Counted from the stretch's first letter, positions 17,622-31,315 are shown. The stretch is DNA of 64,000 bases from Eledone cirrhosa (GCA_964016885.1 OZ024755.1:2976001-3040000); one strand, 5' to 3'. Made by a program: numbers and translations. The notes: a model not told the origin generated them from the letters alone.

Positions 17622-17836
17622 CGATCGACTTTCGTCAAATCGGACCGAGGAAACAATCTTTTTGTCGGTCTTGCCAATTGTTAGTACTATCTATCGGTCA
17701 CAACTCCAGGTAGAAGGGGCAACGTGAAATAAAGTGTCTTGCTCAAGGACATAACGCATCGCCCGGTCCAGGAGTCGAACTCACAACCTCAAGATCGTGA
17801 ATCCAGTTCACTAACCACTCACACACACGCCTTCAC
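17622..17836 (-). mobile_element. tRNA-derived SINE family B (CORE-like central domain)
   Basis: Reverse complement gives B box GAGTTCGACTCC followed by GTCCTTGAGCAAGACACTT, resembling the CORE-SINE domain. Confidence 0.85.
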
Positions 17837-17864
17837 AGATATATATATATATATATATATATAC

Positions 17865-17942
<78 letters not shown>

Positions 17943-18243
17943 AAAAGATGTATTTCTAAATTAAAATAAAACAATGAATATTAACTAAATGAATAGAGAG
18001 TAGTCACATGAGTAGATGCAATTATATATTATAATTTTGTTGAGCGTGGTTTCAAGATTTCCCCCAAAGTAAGTTATTCAAGCTGTCAGGTTGAATAAGC
18101 TGCCAGGGGCGAAACAGCGCGGTCGTCGTTATATATAGCCAGGTGAAGCCGTCGAAGCGACATGTCTATGTCTAGATACCGAATATTTGAATTTATATTC
18201 ACATTCACGCAGCTTCGGCTACCTATCTACAATTGCATGTGTG

Positions 18244-18279
<36 letters not shown>

Positions 18280-18382
18280 AGAGAGAGTGAGAGAGAGAGA
18301 GAGAACACTGGAGAGTAATATCCGTAGCGGTAGAGCTCTCAGTCCATGGGACGAGTTTGGTAGAAGTAGTAACAAAACAGTC

Positions 18383-18420
18383 TGAGCTGAAGATCCGCTA
18401 AGGTGAAACAATTGTTCTCA
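18383..18420 (+). ncRNA. Minimal type I hammerhead ribozyme
   Basis: UGAG-CUGAAGA-U-CC-GCUAA-GG-U-GAAAC-AAUU-GUU/CUCA: stem I UGAG:CUCA, conserved core, palindromic stem III AACAAUUGUU. Confidence 0.7.
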
Positions 18421-18564
18421 ATATGGTGAACTAACTGTTGTGTTACTACTTATATATATATATGTATATATATGAGAGACAGAGAGATATCAGAATTTTA
18501 CCAGTATTAACCAAGTGAGACAATAATTCAGTAGAGTACTCGATACTTGGCTAGAGTGTAACTA

Positions 18565-18731
18565 TATTAGAAAGTCGGGACTTGATGGGTGAGCTGCGGC
18601 CGTTTCGATACAGCCGGAGCTCAACCGTCGGGGTCCTGACTCTTTTCCTATTACCCACTCTACTACCCATAGTATAAAGTACTCTGGTGCGTTATGGTCC
18701 ACCTGGCTCCTTACCACACTTCCTCCGTTAT

Positions 18732-18732
<1 letters not shown>
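18565..18732 (+). mobile_element. TA-embedded short element family D (hairpin partly collapsed)
   Basis: Shares CCGTCGGGGTCC...TTTTCCTATTACCCACTCTACTACCC...CTCTGGTGCGTTATGGTCCA with 42316 and 56081. Confidence 0.85.
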
Positions 18733-18803
<71 letters not shown>

Positions 18804-19493
18804 GCGAGCGGCCCAAATGCAGAAAATAATCATAATAACAAACAATCTCTATAAATAATAGTTGACAAAATTTAGTAAATTATAGAGACAGAAAAAGTGA
18901 ACTGGGGCGCGTATATATTTGTCTGTGTGTGAGTTCGTATTTATATTATATATATATATATGCGTGTATATGTGTGTGTATATATGTGTGTTTATATTAA
19001 AACGTAATTAAGAACTTGGAAATGTGCAGACGGGAACAGTATAGGTTAGGCGACAGACGTCTTTTAATCTGACTATATAATTAACAAACATAATTTGATA
19101 AGAACAGACATGGTATTTGTATGTTTATATTTAATCAACGCTTTAACATCTATATGTGTGTGTGTGTGTGTATATGTGTGTCTGTGCGACTGTGTCTGTG
19201 TATTTGTCTATTTGTTTGAGTGTCTGTGTATGTATTTATATATAAGTGTGGTTTTGATATAAAAATATTTCTCTCGTTTATAATATTTATTTATTTTTAT
19301 TTGCGTTTCAGCCGAGGGGCTGAGGCCATGCTGGGACTCCGCCACAATATATATATATATTGAATGAAACAGTTCTAGTCCTGTAGAAGCTCTTCTATAT
19401 ATATATATATATATATATATACTTATATCTGTAAAAATGTATATAAATTTATATTTATATATGAGTATATATATAGATATATATATATATATT

Positions 19494-19680
19494 TAATATA
19501 GAAAAGGCTTCTACAGGACTAGAACTGTTTCATTCGGGAGAAATCATCAGGGCTTCCTAATGATTTCTCCCGAATGAAACAGTTCTAGTCCGGTAGAAGC
19601 CTTTTCTATATTAAATATTTATACACTGCTTTGTATTGAGTACCTTACTTATGTGGTTACCCTCGATTGAACCCGGGATA
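19494..19680 (+). mobile_element. Hammerhead element family C with 5' fold-back palindrome; ribozyme 19551-19601 carries two substitutions
   Basis: About 60-bp inverted arms; near-identical inverted copy at 23390-23585; partial copy at 19362-19400. Confidence 0.85.
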
Positions 19681-19687
19681 GAGAGAG

Positions 19688-19895
19688 GTGTCCTATGTAG
19701 TTAGACAATTGGGTTCTCAATCGTGAGGTTGTGAGTTCGATTCCTGGACCGGGCGATGCGTTATGTCCTTGAGCAAGACACTTTATTTCACGTTGTTCCT
19801 TCTACCTGGAGTTGCGACCGATAGATAGTATTAGCAATTGGAAAGACCCATGGAAACATTGTTTCCTCAGTTCGATTTGACGAAAGTCGATCGTT
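19688..19895 (+). mobile_element. SINE family B
   Basis: GAGTTCGATTCC B box, GTCCTTGAGCAAGACACTT and shared tail. Confidence 0.85.
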
Positions 19896-19900
19896 TATCG

Positions 19901-19973
<73 letters not shown>

Positions 19974-20419
19974 AATACGTATGCCTTTGTGTTTATATGA
20001 ATTTCTGTGCATGTTCTTGAGCTTCTGTTTATTTTTTTTGTTTTGTTATTTTTATTATTTTTGTGTGTCTTCTTTACCATTCTCTCATCAAACCATCTTG
20101 TCTATTTACTAATGTTATTCGAGGCAAAAAACAAATTAACTCTATAACTTAAAGAATATTTGCAACACTAAACACACTGGAGGTAGCAGACATGCATACG
20201 CACATAGTCCTACATTTAAAATCTAAATTGGTAATGCCTTAGCCTATTCTACAGAAACATTGAAAAGCTTTCAAATGGATATATATTGTCTCAATGATGG
20301 CTTACAGCGTCCATATTAGCGTGTTTCTCATGTCTATTATCGTATATGGAACAATCCATTTCTTCCAACATTTGCGCTGCTATTCAAATACACTGGAATA
20401 AATACAAATTTACGAATAC

Positions 20420-20670
20420 ACACTCGTGTAGATATACACAGACACTCACACACACTCGTGTAGATATACACAGACACTCACACACGCAGGCATATACATA
20501 GTTATCTCTTCACCTCTTTCACTATATATATATATATATATATACACACATAGTTATCTCTTCATCTCTTTCACTATATATATATATACATAGTTATCTC
20601 TTCATCTCTTTCACTATATATAATTATATATATACATAGTTATATCTTCACCGCTTTCACTTTATATATA
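20420..20670. repeat. Two small minisatellites (32-bp x2; CATAGTTATCTCTTCAYCTCTTTCAC(TA)n x4)
   Basis: Direct inspection. Confidence 0.85.
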
Positions 20671-20674
20671 CGTG

Positions 20675-20708
<34 letters not shown>

Positions 20709-20803
20709 GTACACATGCACACACACACACACAGACACATACATATATATATATATGAGTTCGGATCAAGCTGCCGAAACTCAGCCGTCGGGGTCCTGAC
20801 TCT

Positions 20804-20841
<38 letters not shown>

Positions 20842-20845
20842 CAAT

Positions 20846-21058
20846 GGGCGGTGGATTGTCAGTATCGGTAGAGCGTCGGACACCATCTTTCGTGGCATAG
20901 TTACGACCCTTTACATTCTGATTTCAAATCCCACTGAAGCTAGTTTTGCCTCCTTCTTGGAGGTCGATAAAATAAAGTATCAGTAACGCAATGTGATCGA
21001 TTTAACCTACTTTCCCCTCCCCAAAAATTATTGGCCTTGTTCCTAAATTCAAAACCAT
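20846..21058 (+). mobile_element. SINE family A, diverged
   Basis: Head GGGCGGTGGATTG.CAGTATCGGTAGAG and core GGTCGATAAAATAAAGTA. Confidence 0.85.
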
Positions 21059-21427
21059 TATTATCTCGCATTAAATCTATTGAAACTGAGAACGTATAAA
21101 ATGTTGAAATACTTTAATCTCCTAAGAAATGTTAGGTTAGTCTACAGCATTAGTAAAAATAATTCACCACTGATATATACAAAATGTAGGAAATACATAT
21201 GTAAACAAAATAATTGCTGAAATCTGTTGCTTTCATGTTATTAGTTTTTGATAAAGACCCGTTTCTACACTGACATGTGGAAAATGTGAAAGCGATGTTC
21301 TTCGTTTTAAGCTGTATTGGAAACGTTAAGAATTGAAAGCGTTTATCTTCGTCTAAGAAGCTAATATATTTAACAAAATAAGCTGCGAACATTAGTGGTA
21401 ATATATGTATGAAGGAATGTATGAATG

Positions 21428-21463
<36 letters not shown>

Positions 21464-21465
21464 TG

Positions 21466-21518
<53 letters not shown>

Positions 21519-22050
21519 ATACATGCATTGTATATATATGCATACGTGCATACATATATATGAGTATGTGTCTATATATATATGTATGTGTGAGTGTATT
21601 TGTGTGTGTGTGCGCATTTGTACTTGTGTATCAGTGTGCACGAGTCTAGTACAGACGTTTTTGGAATGGCTTAGAATTTTAAAACTGGCGGATTCATTGA
21701 GTGATCGCGGAAAACTTAAATCATTTTGCATCCTTTGTGACTGTGGTAATATAAATATCACACATCAGCCAACAAACACAAACTTAGAAACAGACAAACA
21801 AACCAACAAACAAAATGGCGGAATTTTCGTTTCCGGCTTTATTCTAAACACACACATAATCTAAAATGTTGAATTTGATCAAAATAAGGAAATGTTGAAT
21901 GTATGAGATAATAGACAACGGTTTCCCAGCCTCTTTCCATTTTATATTTTTTCATAATTCGTGTTCTCACTGTTTCTAAAAGTAGTTTAGTATTTGTGAA
22001 AGCCTTTAACTCACTTCAGCTAAACTACTTATCAAAATATATACATGCAC

Positions 22051-22110
<60 letters not shown>

Positions 22111-22699
22111 TGTATATTTGTGTGTGTGTGTGTGTGAGGGAGAGAGAGAGGAGAGAGAGATTTATATGAGCACGCACACATCTTTATAAATCTGTTTTAT
22201 GCTCTGTACATTAACAAAACATCATTGAAATTATATATATATATATACGTATGCATGCAAATATGCATATATATATAATCATGTATACATAAAAATACAC
22301 ACACACATACACTGACGTTTATACATACATGCATACATATAAATACATATAAATATATATATATATATATATTTAATGTATAATATATATGTATATATAC
22401 ATACATACTGAGCTTTATGTGTGTAGCTTTATGCAGGTTTGTGATCGTGTATTTGCCTGTAAACGACCATACATATCTCTATATATATTTCTGTGACTGT
22501 ATGTACTTAGAAACTAACTACAAACACAAGAATCATATGAAAACACATTATTTATATTATTTACACAAAGACCTTATTTCGCTGAAATCTCTCGTTGCTT
22601 CCTTTCACTGTAATTTCCTGAAAGTGCTGCTAACAACTCTGTTTGAAAAGTTGTTCAATGTTGGTGATTTCATGCGGCCGTATAGACATAAATGTCTGC

Positions 22700-22704
22700 A
22701 CACA

Positions 22705-22739
<35 letters not shown>

Positions 22740-23180
22740 ATTTACACATTTACATACACACACATACACACGTGCATACACACACATACATACATGTACA
22801 TACACACACTTACACACATGTGCATACACACACTTACACACATGTGCATACACACACTTGCACGCATGTACATACACACACTTGCACGCATGTACATACA
22901 CACATCTACATATACACACTTACACACATGTACATACACACATGTGCATACACACACATACACACATGTGCATGCACACACATACACACATGTACATACA
23001 CACACATACACACATGTACATACACACATCTACATACACACACTTACACACATGTGCATACACACACATACACACATGTACATACATACATCTACATACA
23101 CACACATGTGCATACACACACATACATACATACGTGCATGCACACACATACACACATGTGCATACACACACACACATAAA
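22700..23180. repeat. CA-rich satellite (CACATGTRCATACAC units)
   Basis: Direct inspection. Confidence 0.9.
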
Positions 23181-23284
23181 TATGGATATTATATATATAT
23201 TTATGCATACATTGTAGATTATACATATATGTAGTTGTACACAAATATATCCTATATGTGTTTATATATATATTTATATATATA

Positions 23285-23378
23285 TAGGAAAAAAGTATGA
23301 CCCGACGGCAGAGCTCAGTATTGAGTACTCTGGTGCGTTATGGTCCATCTGGTTCCTTACCACAATTCCTTTGTTATA
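23285..23378 (+). mobile_element. Family D copy with internal deletion
   Basis: AGGAAAAAAGTATGACCCGACGGCAGAGCTC joined directly to the tail AGTATTGAGTACTCTGGTGCG (compare 56081). Confidence 0.8.
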
Positions 23379-23389
23379 TATATATATAA

Positions 23390-23578
23390 AGTTTATCCCG
23401 GGTTCAATGGAGGTAACCACAGTAAGTAAGGTACTCAATACAAAGCAGAGTATAACTATTTAATATAGAAAAGGCTTCTACAGGACTAGAACTGTTTCAT
23501 TCGGGAGAAATCATCAGGAAGCCCTGATGATTTCTCTCGAATGAAACAGTTCTAGTCCTGTAGAAGCCTTTTCTATAT

Positions 23579-23585
<7 letters not shown>
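23390..23585 (-). mobile_element. Hammerhead element family C with fold-back palindrome
   Basis: Reverse complement of 19494-19680; arms about 23458-23518 and 23523-23583. Confidence 0.85.
23473..23523 (-). ncRNA. Type I hammerhead ribozyme with intact core
   Basis: GGCUUC-CUGAUGA-U-UUC-UCCC-GAA-U-GAAACAG-UUCUAGUC-CUGUA/GAAGCC: 6-bp stem I, 3-bp stem II, 4-bp stem III, GUA cleavage triplet (predicted cut between 23479 and 23478). Confidence 0.8.
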
Positions 23586-23642
<57 letters not shown>

Positions 23643-23772
23643 TGTGAGTTTGTGCTGATCGTGTGAGTGCGCAGGAGAATCTCAGAGTAACAAGGCTCAC
23701 CACTTAGCCGTAAGAAAAGTACCAGTCTTGTACTGGGTTCGATTCTTCCTCTATATCTCTTTCTCACATCCA

Positions 23773-23834
<62 letters not shown>

Positions 23835-25379
23835 GGGTAATCTTCTGTGTTCGCACTTGGAGAAGAAATGGGATCTGCCAAGTTCAATAAATACCCCTAG
23901 AAACTCTGTATGTCAATACGGTGCCCCTACGACTTCCTCGTCATTAGGTCGTTGTCTACCTGAGATTTCTTACCTGTAGGAAACTTAGCGTGTATATTTA
24001 TATTGTGTTATTATGTGTTATGTATTGTGTGCAACTTTGGCTTGTCAGAATCTGTTTAGAAGCCCGATAGATTGTAATTGTAATTCAAAGAAAAGGCCAG
24101 GCTTGTCAACCTCTGTGCTAACCTGAATCTCTGTTAGAATCATATGTTTGCTCAGCCACTTCACGTTAAATTTTTTAGCAGGTTGTTCTGTTAGTGGAAC
24201 AAATTAAACATGCATCGTTAAACCGATGGAGATCCATTCTATTCCATTCTATATGTCCTGGTTAAACACTTCTTAACAGAGTGACGACATATTTTGCAAT
24301 TTCCGTTTTTACACAAATGTTGACTAGTTTATTAAAGCATATAACGATTACGGGATAATGAAGATTTATTTCAGTTCTTCACTTCTGCAAGTCTAAACTG
24401 TAGATTAAAAGAATGTTTCAAAAATGTTGTAGTGAGGATTGTACAAGGATAATTTAACCAAACAGTGTTGCAAAAATAAAAGTTGGAGAATAAACGGATA
24501 TGGAATGAAAGTTCCCAGGAATGGAACGCCACATTCACAGCAAATTGGCTATGAGAGAGAAGGAGCACTCTCATCTTCCTCTCTTGGTGAACTTTAAAGA
24601 ATGTGCATGAGGGTAGGTACTAGTAATGTTAATGTAGATGATGATGATGATGAAGTTAATGTAAAAGAGAAGTTCGGCAGTGAGGTGAAAGGGGTGACAG
24701 TGTATGTAGATGTTTATGGCTGAGATTTACTTTGTGTAGAAGTATGTTAATGTAGAGAACGAGCTAAGAATGTTTAAAGATTTTGTATTGAAAGCAAAAC
24801 TAACGGAAAATTTTTCAAACAAGAGTAACATAAAATTATGTAAAGTATAGAGAAATAGTTTACGAAATATATCATTTAAAAACGAAATACTGAGATATAA
24901 CATCAAACTCATAAAAACAAAAAAAATACAGGAGTATATTTTTAACAACATAAACAACAACAAAAAATGGAAAAACACAATCAACAAACAAGATAAATAA
25001 ATGAAAAATATACACAAAAAAAATAATAATAATGATATGAAAATCACAAATATTCTTAAAAAGATGAATTGAAGATTGTTAGTTCAAATTCACGACTCAT
25101 TAATCTCAACAAGGTTCTTCTGATCGATATTTCATTAAGTGTTCGATCGTGTTCTTTCTAAAGGTTGCATTTTACACAGTAGCTTCCGGCTCGTCATAAA
25201 TCTTTAACTGGTTAGCGACATACGTATGAGGGCATGCATATATGTATACGTGTGTAAATATATATATATGTGTATGTGTGCGTGTGTAACTTTGAAAATT
25301 AGTGTGCGCAATGAAATAAATGAATTTGCATACATGAATATGTATATGAGTACATATGAGATGAGTGTGATTAGTTGCA

Positions 25380-25397
25380 CTATATATATATATACAC

Positions 25398-25445
<48 letters not shown>

Positions 25446-25638
25446 AATATATATATATATATATACACACATACATGTATATATATATATACATATATAT
25501 ATGTATATATATACACATATATGTATATATATACACATATATGTATATATATATATACATATATATATGTATATATATATATACATATATATATATATAC
25601 ACATACATATATATATATATACACATACATATATATAT

Positions 25639-25685
<47 letters not shown>

Positions 25686-25755
25686 CACATACATGTATAT
25701 ATATATACATATATATATATATACACATATATATATATATATATACACATACATG

Positions 25756-25787
<32 letters not shown>

Positions 25788-26828
25788 CACATATATATAT
25801 ATACATACACATACATGTATATATATATACATACACATACATGTATATATATATACATACACATACATGTATATATATATACATACACATACATGTATAT
25901 ATATATACATACACATACATGTATATATATATACATACACATACATGTATATATATATACATACACATACATGTATATATATATACATACACATACATGT
26001 ATATATATATACATACACATACATGTATATATATATACATACACATACATGTATATATATATACATACACATACATGTATATATATATATATACACATAC
26101 ATGTATATATATATATCTATACACATACATGTATATATATATATATATACACATACATGTATATATATATATATATACACATACATGTATATATATATAT
26201 ATACACACATACATGTATATATATATATACATATATACACATACATGTATATATATACATGTATATATATATATATATACAGATACATGTATATATATAC
26301 ATATATACACATACATGTATATATATATACATGTATATATATATATATACAGATACATGTATATATATATATATACAGATACATGTATATATATACATAT
26401 ATACACATATATATACAGATACATGTATATATATACATATATACACATACATGTATATATATACATGTATATATATATACACATACATGTATATATATAT
26501 ATATACACATACATGTATATATATATATACACATACATGTATATATATATATACACATACATGTATATATATATATACACATACATGTATATATATATAT
26601 ATACACATACATGTATATATATATATATATACACATACATGTATATATATATATATACACATACATGTATATATATATATATACACATACATGTATATAT
26701 ATATATACACATACATGTATATATATATATACACATACATGTATATACATCCATACACATACATGTATATACATCCATACACATACATGTATATACATCC
26801 ATACACATACATGTATATACATCCATAC

Positions 26829-26879
<51 letters not shown>

Positions 26880-26916
26880 TACACACACACATATATATAT
26901 ATGTATGTATGTATGC

Positions 26917-26948
<32 letters not shown>

Positions 26949-27082
26949 ACAACATGGATATAAAATAATCCTCATGTAGGCAGGATTAACTCATTTACAA
27001 TAAATTTATTTATATATTCACACCACCTCAAAAACGTGAGCACACAAAATATATCTTCGCCTCATATATATGTGTATATATA

Positions 27083-27139
<57 letters not shown>

Positions 27140-27410
27140 TTATATATAGTGCGTGAGTGTGTGTATCTGTGTACGTGTATATGCATATATATATACATGT
27201 ATATTTATATATATATATATACATATGTGTTTAAATATATATACATACACATATATACATATATATTTATATATATACACATACACATATATACATATAC
27301 ACATGTATACATATATACATATATATATGTATATATATATATACACATATATATATATGTATATATATATATAAGTATGTATGTATATATACATATATAT
27401 AATGTGTGTG
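25380..27410. repeat. CACATACATG(TA)n satellite and flanking TA/CA microsatellites
   Basis: Direct inspection. Confidence 0.95.
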
Positions 27411-27694
27411 TATATATTAACCTCACTGTGTATTAATCACACGTGCCTTTAGAAATTGGTCAGCATAAATGAAAATTTAAGAGAAGCCATCTTTGCATAA
27501 TATGTTTTATTACATAGACGTGTGTGTATTTTACTGAAAGAGGTTTCTACGCCCGTATGGAAGATATTGCACACACACACACGCACACGCACACAGACAC
27601 ATACACACACACACACACACCTGTGTATATATACATATGTGTTTGAGTATGTCTTTGTCTATGAATTTCACACATACACATACACTAATATAAC

Positions 27695-27876
27695 TGTTTC
27701 TACGTTTGGCACAAGGCCAGCAATTTCAGTGTATTACTGGTACTTTATTTTATCGACCGGGTAAGGATGAAAGGCAAAGTTAACCTCGGCGGGATTTGAA
27801 CTCTGACCATAAAGGGCCGTAACTCTTTGATGCAAAGCATGGCGTCCGACCCTCTACTGATACTACCAATCCACCA
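27695..27876 (-). mobile_element. SINE family A
   Basis: Full reverse-complement copy. Confidence 0.9.
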
Positions 27877-28558
27877 ACTTTCATACTTTTATGCTGTTCT
27901 TGCAGTTCAAGATGAGCTCTATCTATCTTATTCTACATTATTGGTGTGGTGTGTTGGTTTAGGAATTGTACCGTTTTGAAACTAACTACAAGGGAGGGAC
28001 GACCACTCTAAATATTTCACCATGCGGCGTCAGTAAACAAGAACGGGGTTGTTCAGTTCTTTCAGGACACGTCTTTTAATAGCTCTAACGTTTTTCTAAC
28101 TTGTTCTGTTTATTGTTTCTTGTCAGATAATCGCTGAAAGACATAACTCTAACTCAGAAAGTATCAAGACACGCTGTAATCGTTACCGTAAAGTCAGAAC
28201 ATAGTGATTTAGAGATTGCTCTCCTCTTGAAGGTTGTTTGTTGCCAAAGTTCGCAAAAAGCTGGAAAAAGTTGACGAGGATTCTGCAGCAGTAGCCAAAC
28301 GTTAAACGTGTTTTATTTCTCTCTCTCGCTCTCTCTCTATATATCTATCTATCTATCTATCTATCTCTCCCTCTCCCTCCCTCTCTCTCCCTCTCTCTCC
28401 CTCTCGCACTCACTCACTCACTTTCTCAGGAATTACCTTCACGGTATATTGCACTGTTGATATCAGCCTCCCAAACTCTGTTTGAGATCGAGATGGGTGA
28501 CGAGATGAAGTACAAGGTCAAGCACGCTCGTATATATATATATACTGGCTAGAGGTAC

Positions 28559-28620
<62 letters not shown>

Positions 28621-29070
28621 GTAAGTAGATAAAAAGGTGTGTAAATTTTCTTGATAACGGAAAAGAAGCATTTAATGAAGTGATTATAAATGGACATCGG
28701 TGTATTTCCGATAGAACGGAAGGAACCACGCTGGTAATGACTGACAAGTAAAACACGGTATCAGCAAGTTTCACCTATACACTTACACAGACGTTCTTAC
28801 TACAGCACATTCATGTAGTTATTTCTTATAAACATGCACACACACACACACTTACACATGCACACAGATATATTGATTGACATATATATATACATATATA
28901 TATCTATGTGATCTACCATGTACCTATATACACACACACACATACATACACATGCGTATATATGTACCTATAGACGCTGATACGGGCACAGACATACAAT
29001 TGTATATAAATACATACACATCTATGTATGACTGTGTGTGTGTGTACGTATGAATGTATCTATCCATCTC

Positions 29071-29136
<66 letters not shown>

Positions 29137-29467
29137 CTAGCCAGCCAGCCACCTAACTACACATACACAGTGTGTAATCCAAAATGGCAGTAAGGCAAAT
29201 AGCTACGTTTACGCTAAAATGTGTTTTAAGACATTACACCTCTTTAAACTGTTGCTGTTTAAATAAGGTTAGTGATATTACCAGAATTAGCGGGAAACAC
29301 GCCGGAAGTAGACTTGTATTGGTCTTATGTATCTCCACCCCCGTTTAGTTTTATTTATTTATTTTTTTTTTTATATATAATCGTTTTAGGTTGCATGTTA
29401 TAATTATTATTTAGGACATGGCATCAATATACACACACTATATATATATGGAGAGAGAGAGATATAG

Positions 29468-29790
29468 AGAGAATGCGAAGTAGTTTCAGATGTTAAAGTC
29501 CTTTAATGATAATACTGTTATACATATTTCAATGACGACAGTGGTTTTGTTGATTCAATTTAGATTGCCTCGGTAACGTAACCTTATTATGTATGAAGCT
29601 GTCGGAAGATGTCACGGCACTGGGTACACGGAATCATGTAGCCTCTGTCGTCTTTGAAATATGTATCACAGCATTATCATTAAAGGACTTTAACATCTGA
29701 AACTAATTCGCATTTTCTTATTTTATATATACTCCGTCACTCCTATGTGAAAAAGGTACGTTGAGTGCTTGAATTGAATTGCATCAATAT
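29468..29790 (+). mobile_element. Short element with ~77-bp inverted arms (29468-29544 and 29642-29718) plus a 3' tail
   Basis: The arms read as reverse complements; flanked by TA/GA microsatellites. Confidence 0.7.
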
Positions 29791-29884
29791 TTACCTTGAG
29801 TATATATATATATATATATGGTGGCTGCCAACTCGTTTTCGAGTACGGCCACTACTTTATATCCATGTAGGAGAACCCCTACCG

Positions 29885-30150
29885 ATGCGCTGAACGAGTG
29901 TGACTTTTAGTCCAGCCAGCGACTTGAAAACTCTGGTACAAACACTACACTTGTGACAATTATTGACACAGTGCTGGGCCCATGGTACCATGTGACGACA
30001 AGTGCAGAGAGATCTCCAGATATAAAGCAATGCCTGTGCCGTGAAGCTTTTATAGTGAGCAAAGGCACTGCACAAAGCCAGTCCCACTCTCTTAACCAAG
30101 ATGATATTTACCAAAAAGAAGAACAAGTCAACATCATTGGATACCATCAG
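29885..30150 (-). mobile_element. Decayed RTE/BovB-like LINE C-terminus
   Basis: WRSL motif followed by zinc-finger-like CSVCTRVFKSLAGLK. Confidence 0.5.
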
Positions 30151-30480
30151 GGTTGCAGGTGTTATATCAGAGTTTTCCTTCTCTTAGAATTCTGCCTTGA
30201 CAAAGGCTAAGGGGTCATCTCTCCCAGTGATTTTATGTATATGTATGTATGTATATATATATGTATGTATATATGTATGTATATTTATGTCAGGTCACCA
30301 CTTGGTGCTGTACTGGTAACATGTATCCCAGTACAACCTGTCTCATGGTCGGGTCGTTGGCGACTAAACTGGCAACTCCACCAAGGTTTCTTGGTGAGGA
30401 GGGGTGACTTTGGACATCCTGCAGGACTAAAAAACAAAACCTGTCGAAGGGCAAAGGAGCTCTTAAGAGTCAATGGCCAT

Positions 30481-30517
<37 letters not shown>

Positions 30518-30575
30518 TATAGTAGTGAAAGATTGAAGAATAACATGGTCGGCTGTACAAAAAGGGTTTTATTTA

Positions 30576-30690
30576 CAGTATTAACAATTGTTTCATTGAT
30601 CAGGTGAGTCTAAAGGCCGCTAATCACTCGAGGTTGCGTCACTTGACCTTAAATACAGTGTTTACCTCTGATCAAATCATCGGAATACTG
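30576..30690 (-). ncRNA. Type I hammerhead fold with long stem II and U4C core variant
   Basis: CAGUAUU-CCGAUGA-U-UUGAUCAG...CUGAUCAA-U-GAAAC-AAUU-GUU/AAUACUG, with AAUAAA just downstream. Confidence 0.65.
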
Positions 30691-30735
30691 GAGCAATACA
30701 TATGGCATTGGTATTTATAACGATAACTTGTTATC

Positions 30736-30786
<51 letters not shown>

Positions 30787-31134
30787 AATTACATGGCACA
30801 AAGTAATTAGTTGATACAAAATAAATGATAGTTGTTAACGGGTTTGCTGAAAGATACATGGTTATATCATTTGTATTTTTGTTTTTTAACGATCGGTTTT
30901 AGCTATGAATAGCAATTCAAAGTTACATTTCAGCTACTGTTTCTTTTTTGTGGGAAGAGGGACTTCTTTTAACACCGACCTTATGTGACACATACTTTTT
31001 CCGAGGTCAATGGACGCAACAAAATATATCTTTGTTGTCACTTATATTGTTTGTGACAAAGGATGAAACTCTGGTCTCAATACAAACAGGATTCAGTGTC
31101 GTATGCTAGTTGAAAAACTTCTTTGCCCACTTAT

Positions 31135-31315
31135 TCCTGAGGGTGTTAAATATTCCCTTCCAGCGTCCCCTGTCTAAAGCAACTGTCTCCAATTGTTCCA
31201 GCTGGATCTACAAACAAGACCAGCCGAACTCGTGAATGTTATTCAACCCTCTTGCTCGGGGTCTTTCCCTGGATCCCCTGCCAGTTGACTGTGGCCGTAA
31301 AATCTGTCTTGGAGT
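31135..31315 (-). mobile_element. Decayed RTE LINE 3' fragment
   Basis: PRQIL...GRGSRERPRAR...LETVALDRGRWK. Confidence 0.6.

Noticed and set aside
21810-21840. YY1-like AAAATGGCGG plus ETS-like TTCCGG promoter motifs (similar motifs at 29180-29310)
   Set aside because: Short motifs are expected by chance and there is no associated gene
30290-30482. GC-richer TA-flanked insert, considered as an HDV-like ribozyme or LINE 5' UTR
   Set aside because: I could not build the nested double pseudoknot by eye, and there is no second copy in the window
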